A stretch of DNA of 64,000 nt from Nemertoderma westbladi (Eukaryota; Animalia; Xenacoelomorpha): the NCBI GenBank assembly GCA_032718475.1, contig JAUCBJ010007173.1, positions 62,001 through 126,000 of the forward strand, in the 5' to 3' direction. A program made the position numbers and the translations under genes. Every line of letters starts with the position of its first letter. Position 1 is the stretch's first letter. The notes beneath the pieces were generated by a model, which was not told the origin of the DNA, did no database searches, and was given only the letters and a program-made list of their open reading frames with translations. This document shows, piece by piece, positions 60,421 to 64,000 of this stretch.

Positions 60421-61072
60421 TATCGTTTATCGTTTATTCTCTAACAGAGTTTTGGGGAAAACTCATTCGACCGGATGAGAAGAATCAGTGAGAGGAGAAG
60501 CATATCGCGATTGGTGCAGTTTATAGTCTCACGAGTGTTCCCCTCCGTCCTTCCTTGGCCATCTAGGCCATATTTGAGAACACAGCACTTTCCGGATGGT
60601 TAACTGATGTGTGCAGCCGAGCGATACATTCTCATTCCCTCATCTTGGGAAATAAACTCCCAAATACAAGCGTAATAAGAACACGATAAGTTCATTCGGT
60701 TTCAATGTTTTAGGTGCTTTCTGACTCCGTTTCGGAACGTTGCTAGTCAGTTTAAAGACAGCGCACTGACCAAGCTCAGCCTCCGGGACGCCGCCGCTGA
60801 GAAACTGGTTAGCGCTGGGTTTGCCATCTTTAAAGATGTTTGCATCCAGCACACCCATTCCTCCATCCTGAAGCGACCCAAGATGCCCTCGGGATACTCA
60901 GTAATGGAGATTCAAATTGAAACTCTGGAGAAAGATATCGATTTGAGATACTTTTACTTCCATCTGATTTCTTGGAAGAAAGGTGATGTCAATCTGATGA
61001 GAAAATCAGCTAGAGGAGAAGAATACCGAGATACTACTCCATTAAACTCTGATGAACTTTGTTCCTACTTCA

Positions 61073-61946
61073 AACTACTACTACTAGGTCGAGCGAACTC
61101 GGACAGTGGAAATGAGATCCTTCCAGGCTTCCCGATTCTCCATAGTTGTCGCAATTTCGTTTCTCCCAAGTTCAGTATCCCTTTCAAGTTGATCTATATA
61201 TGTTATGGCCGGTCGTCCACGACTATGCTTTCCATGAGTTGGTTGCCAGAGAAGTAGATCGGTATGACCTCGTCTTTACTTCGCCAGCAGTGCCCACTGA
61301 ATCTTAATCTGCGTTCACGGAGGGTGGTTGATACAGGTGGTATTGTACCATAAAGCTCGGCGTTTGTCATGTGTTGTCTCCAGCTGATGTTTAGGGCTGC
61401 CCTTAGTAGTCTTGTGTAGCAACCATCAATTCGTTGTTCAAGTGATTTAGTCAGTGTCCAGGTCTCACCCCCGTATAAAAATACACTTTCCACTGTGGAT
61501 CGAAAGAACTTAGTCTTCAGGTGCCTGGAGAGATCTGATTTCCAGATGGTATCCATTTTTGATAGAGCTACCCAAGCCTTTGCTTTCCTAACTTCTATGT
61601 CCTTTTTGCTACTCTCTATCCATGATCCAAGGTACTGGAAGTCATCGACCTTCCTTAGTTGATTATTATCAATGGTTGTCAAGTTTCCATCAACATTAAA
61701 GGTCATGAATTCGGTCTTTGTAGCATTTATATGCAATCCAACCTCCTTAGCAGCCCTCTCCACTTTATTTAGTAGAAGCTGTGCATCTGCTAGCGTATTA
61801 GAGAGTAGGGCGATGTCATCCGCAAAGTCGGTGTCTGTGACTGTAGTTGCCAGATATCTACTACTTCTGCATTCTTGAAGTGTGAATCCCAGATCTTCAT
61901 CCTTTGTGGCCGTCCTCATTGCGTAATCCAGCACAATTACAAATAG
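61073..61946 (-). mobile_element. RTE-like LINE 3' part (RT ORF 61203-61934), cut by the element D insertion
   Basis: FADDIALL, GLHINATKTE, FQYLGSWI, LYGGETW, RFSGHCWR; (TAG)n tail at 61073-61086. Confidence 0.9.
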
Positions 61947-63069
61947 TGTTCGCGCTTTTAGACCTTTAGCAGTTTAACCTGCCAATTTTAGTTGTCCTCT
62001 TGTTTATAAATCGACTTTAGCCTATATCAATTATTTCATGTACTGAAGTTACATCAGCCGAAGCCAGTCTGTGCACGATCATTCACCCACAGTTAAGGGA
62101 GACTGGATTCGGATGCCTTGAAAGTTATTGCGGTGTAGACCTACTGTATTATTCGATTGATCGTTACTATATAATCTCTGACAATATATTTACTTTCGGG
62201 GAAATATTAACAGTTCCTTTAGGACGTGGCGCTTTAAGTATAAAAACAGAGTTATGACTTATACTAATCACAACTAGATGGCCATAGAGTTTCGTAAATA
62301 GCGCATTCTTTAGGAGATGCTTTATTATCTGTTACACTTCTTCACACGACTTCACACTACTTCACACTACTGCACACTGATCTGCCGATCATCACTGAAT
62401 TTTCTCATATATAAGGAGGATCGCAACTGACACATGTAGGGATTATGAAATAGCATTTAATTCACACAAAAACCACTATAATGTAAGTCGCAATTGCTAC
62501 CGGTAACCGGTTCCTCTTACCTTCAGTAATCAAGAAGATTGGGGGTTTTATGATTATTTATCGGTATTCTCCAAATATATCAGCAATATATATCAATATA
62601 ACAACAATTAATAACAGAAGTAAAATAATGCGGTGAACAGTCAGTATGTGTTACATAATGCATTGCGTTTGTAATGAAAGACTGTAAGTGTCGGCCAGAT
62701 AATAGATTTACGTTCTTATAATCAAAGCCATCAGATGTTTAGGCCAAAGTCTGAAACTTCCACACAGACGCACAGACGAATTCCAAGCCGGTTCTGAGGC
62801 TCAGAAAGGTAAACAAAGACCGTAATGCATTGAGCGGTTTTCCATAGGCCTCTGTCCAACATAAAGTGAAAATCGCTCTGATTGGCTGAATAGGCAGAAC
62901 AAAGAGGTTGCACATCTACAGGAAATCAGCTAACAGATTTCGTCATCTGAGCTCCAATCTTTTAGAGTATTATGCGCATTGCGTCAAAAATGACTTGTTA
63001 TGTCCGCAAAAGCACCTACACTGCGCATTGCGGGAAAAATGACTTGTTATGTCCGCAAAAGCTTTTACA
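61947..63069 (-). mobile_element. 3' LTR (1123 bp) of group B element D, which continues beyond the window
   Basis: tgttcgcgctttt...gcttttaca is similar to the B LTR; followed by the same ccgctcccagaaaatggg PPT region. Confidence 0.88.
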
Positions 63070-63147
63070 CCGCTCCCAGAAAATGGGATTTAAGTCTATA
63101 AAATATAAAAAATCACAGTTTCTAAAATATAAAAATACTCTAAACGA

Positions 63148-64000
63148 TTAGTCCTTCTTACGTGAACGGCGTTTACGAAGTTTTTTGAGGCTAGCAAGAG
63201 TCTTTTTCTCTTTGGGGCGAGCCACTTTACTAGGAGGGCTGTAACTCCTGGGTGAGGGGTGCAATACAATTGCATCGGAAGGTTTAGGGTTACGGTCGGT
63301 GTATCCGCCGGTCGAGGTACCCGGTTGATTGATATCATCCTCAGTGGAACGAGGTCGAACAACCTTTAGAGCGCGTTTCAAGACAGCAGCTCTTACTGGT
63401 CCCTTACGGGTCGTTTGCATGAGAGCGGTAGCCGTGAGTAGTGAGAAATTTGATGGTTCTTTCCAACTCGCGTTCTCGGGCTCTATACTCATAAGGTCGT
63501 CTATGAACTTCCTGTAATTCTGGATGCGAGTTGATGAACAAGTCACCATATTCCGGATCTTGACGGATGAAGTTGATCAAGTTATAGGAATTAAGGTCAT
63601 TAGGATTAATGTTCCTGAGGTACTTGCGAACAAATTTGGTCGAAATATTCTCGCCAACACGCTTCATTAGCTCATAGCTAGGTGTGCGAGATTTTTGCTC
63701 AACGGAAGCAAAGAGATACGGGTGAAACGCATAAACTCCTTCATAGGCACGTCCAGGGTAGTATCGATGACGTGACTCACAATGGAGATCCGCGTTAGCT
63801 TCCCAGGCTCGGATGTAACGCAGGGCAACTATTTCGTCTACGCTTTCCAGATCTCGGTTGAAAGGGCAATCAAAACTTGTGTGTCCTTTAAACTGGCAAT
63901 GATGGCATTGAGTTATAAATTGAGGGCAGACTGCGAAGATGTGTAAGTTATTGAGTCTACAATACGCACAATAGATCTCCATTGTGGGTTGATCTTGAAA
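63148..64000 (-). pseudogene. ORF3 of element D (zinc-knuckle accessory protein) with one frameshift near 63440-63455; runs off the window
   Basis: MEIYCAYCRLNNLHIFAVCPQF...WEANAD...KKLRKRRSRKKD, nearly the same protein as 24687-25580. Confidence 0.85.

Noticed and set aside
60430-61072. Possible L1/Tx1-like fragment on the minus strand (GGMGVLD)
   Set aside because: A single short motif among many stops; too weak to annotate.

Overview
This is a eukaryotic (probably invertebrate metazoan; inference) repeat-dense window, almost entirely nested transposable elements and satellites, with one plausible host gene: an intronless Ly6/uPAR-like GPI-anchored protein at 43375-44052. There are two groups of BEL/Pao-type LTR retrotransposons. 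Group A (530-613 bp LTRs) has a complete copy at 9508-19547, a partial copy from 27857, a solo LTR at 41733 and a 3' LTR at 1878. Group B (1.1-1.3 kb LTRs) has copies at 23405-35294, 52262-60420 and 61947 to the window end. Also present: an intact CRE-clade non-LTR retrotransposon with a long collagen-like Gly-X-Y insert, L2 and RTE LINE fragments, SINEs, MITEs and several tandem repeats. Three observations stand out. (1) Both LTR groups carry a third, non-env accessory ORF before the 3' LTR that shares a triple zinc-knuckle plus 'E-x-x-AD' domain, and the complete group A copy has a WRN/RNase D-type DEDD 3'-5' exonuclease at that position. (2) None of the three visible 5' LTRs is followed by a tRNA-type TGG primer-binding site; the bases at that position are instead complementary to a site inside the element's own LTR, and the pairing covaries between families, suggesting tRNA-independent self-priming. 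(3) The collagen-like CRE element is flanked on both sides by the same AT-rich satellite. All calls come from reading the sequence by eye; no searches were run, so novelty is unverified.
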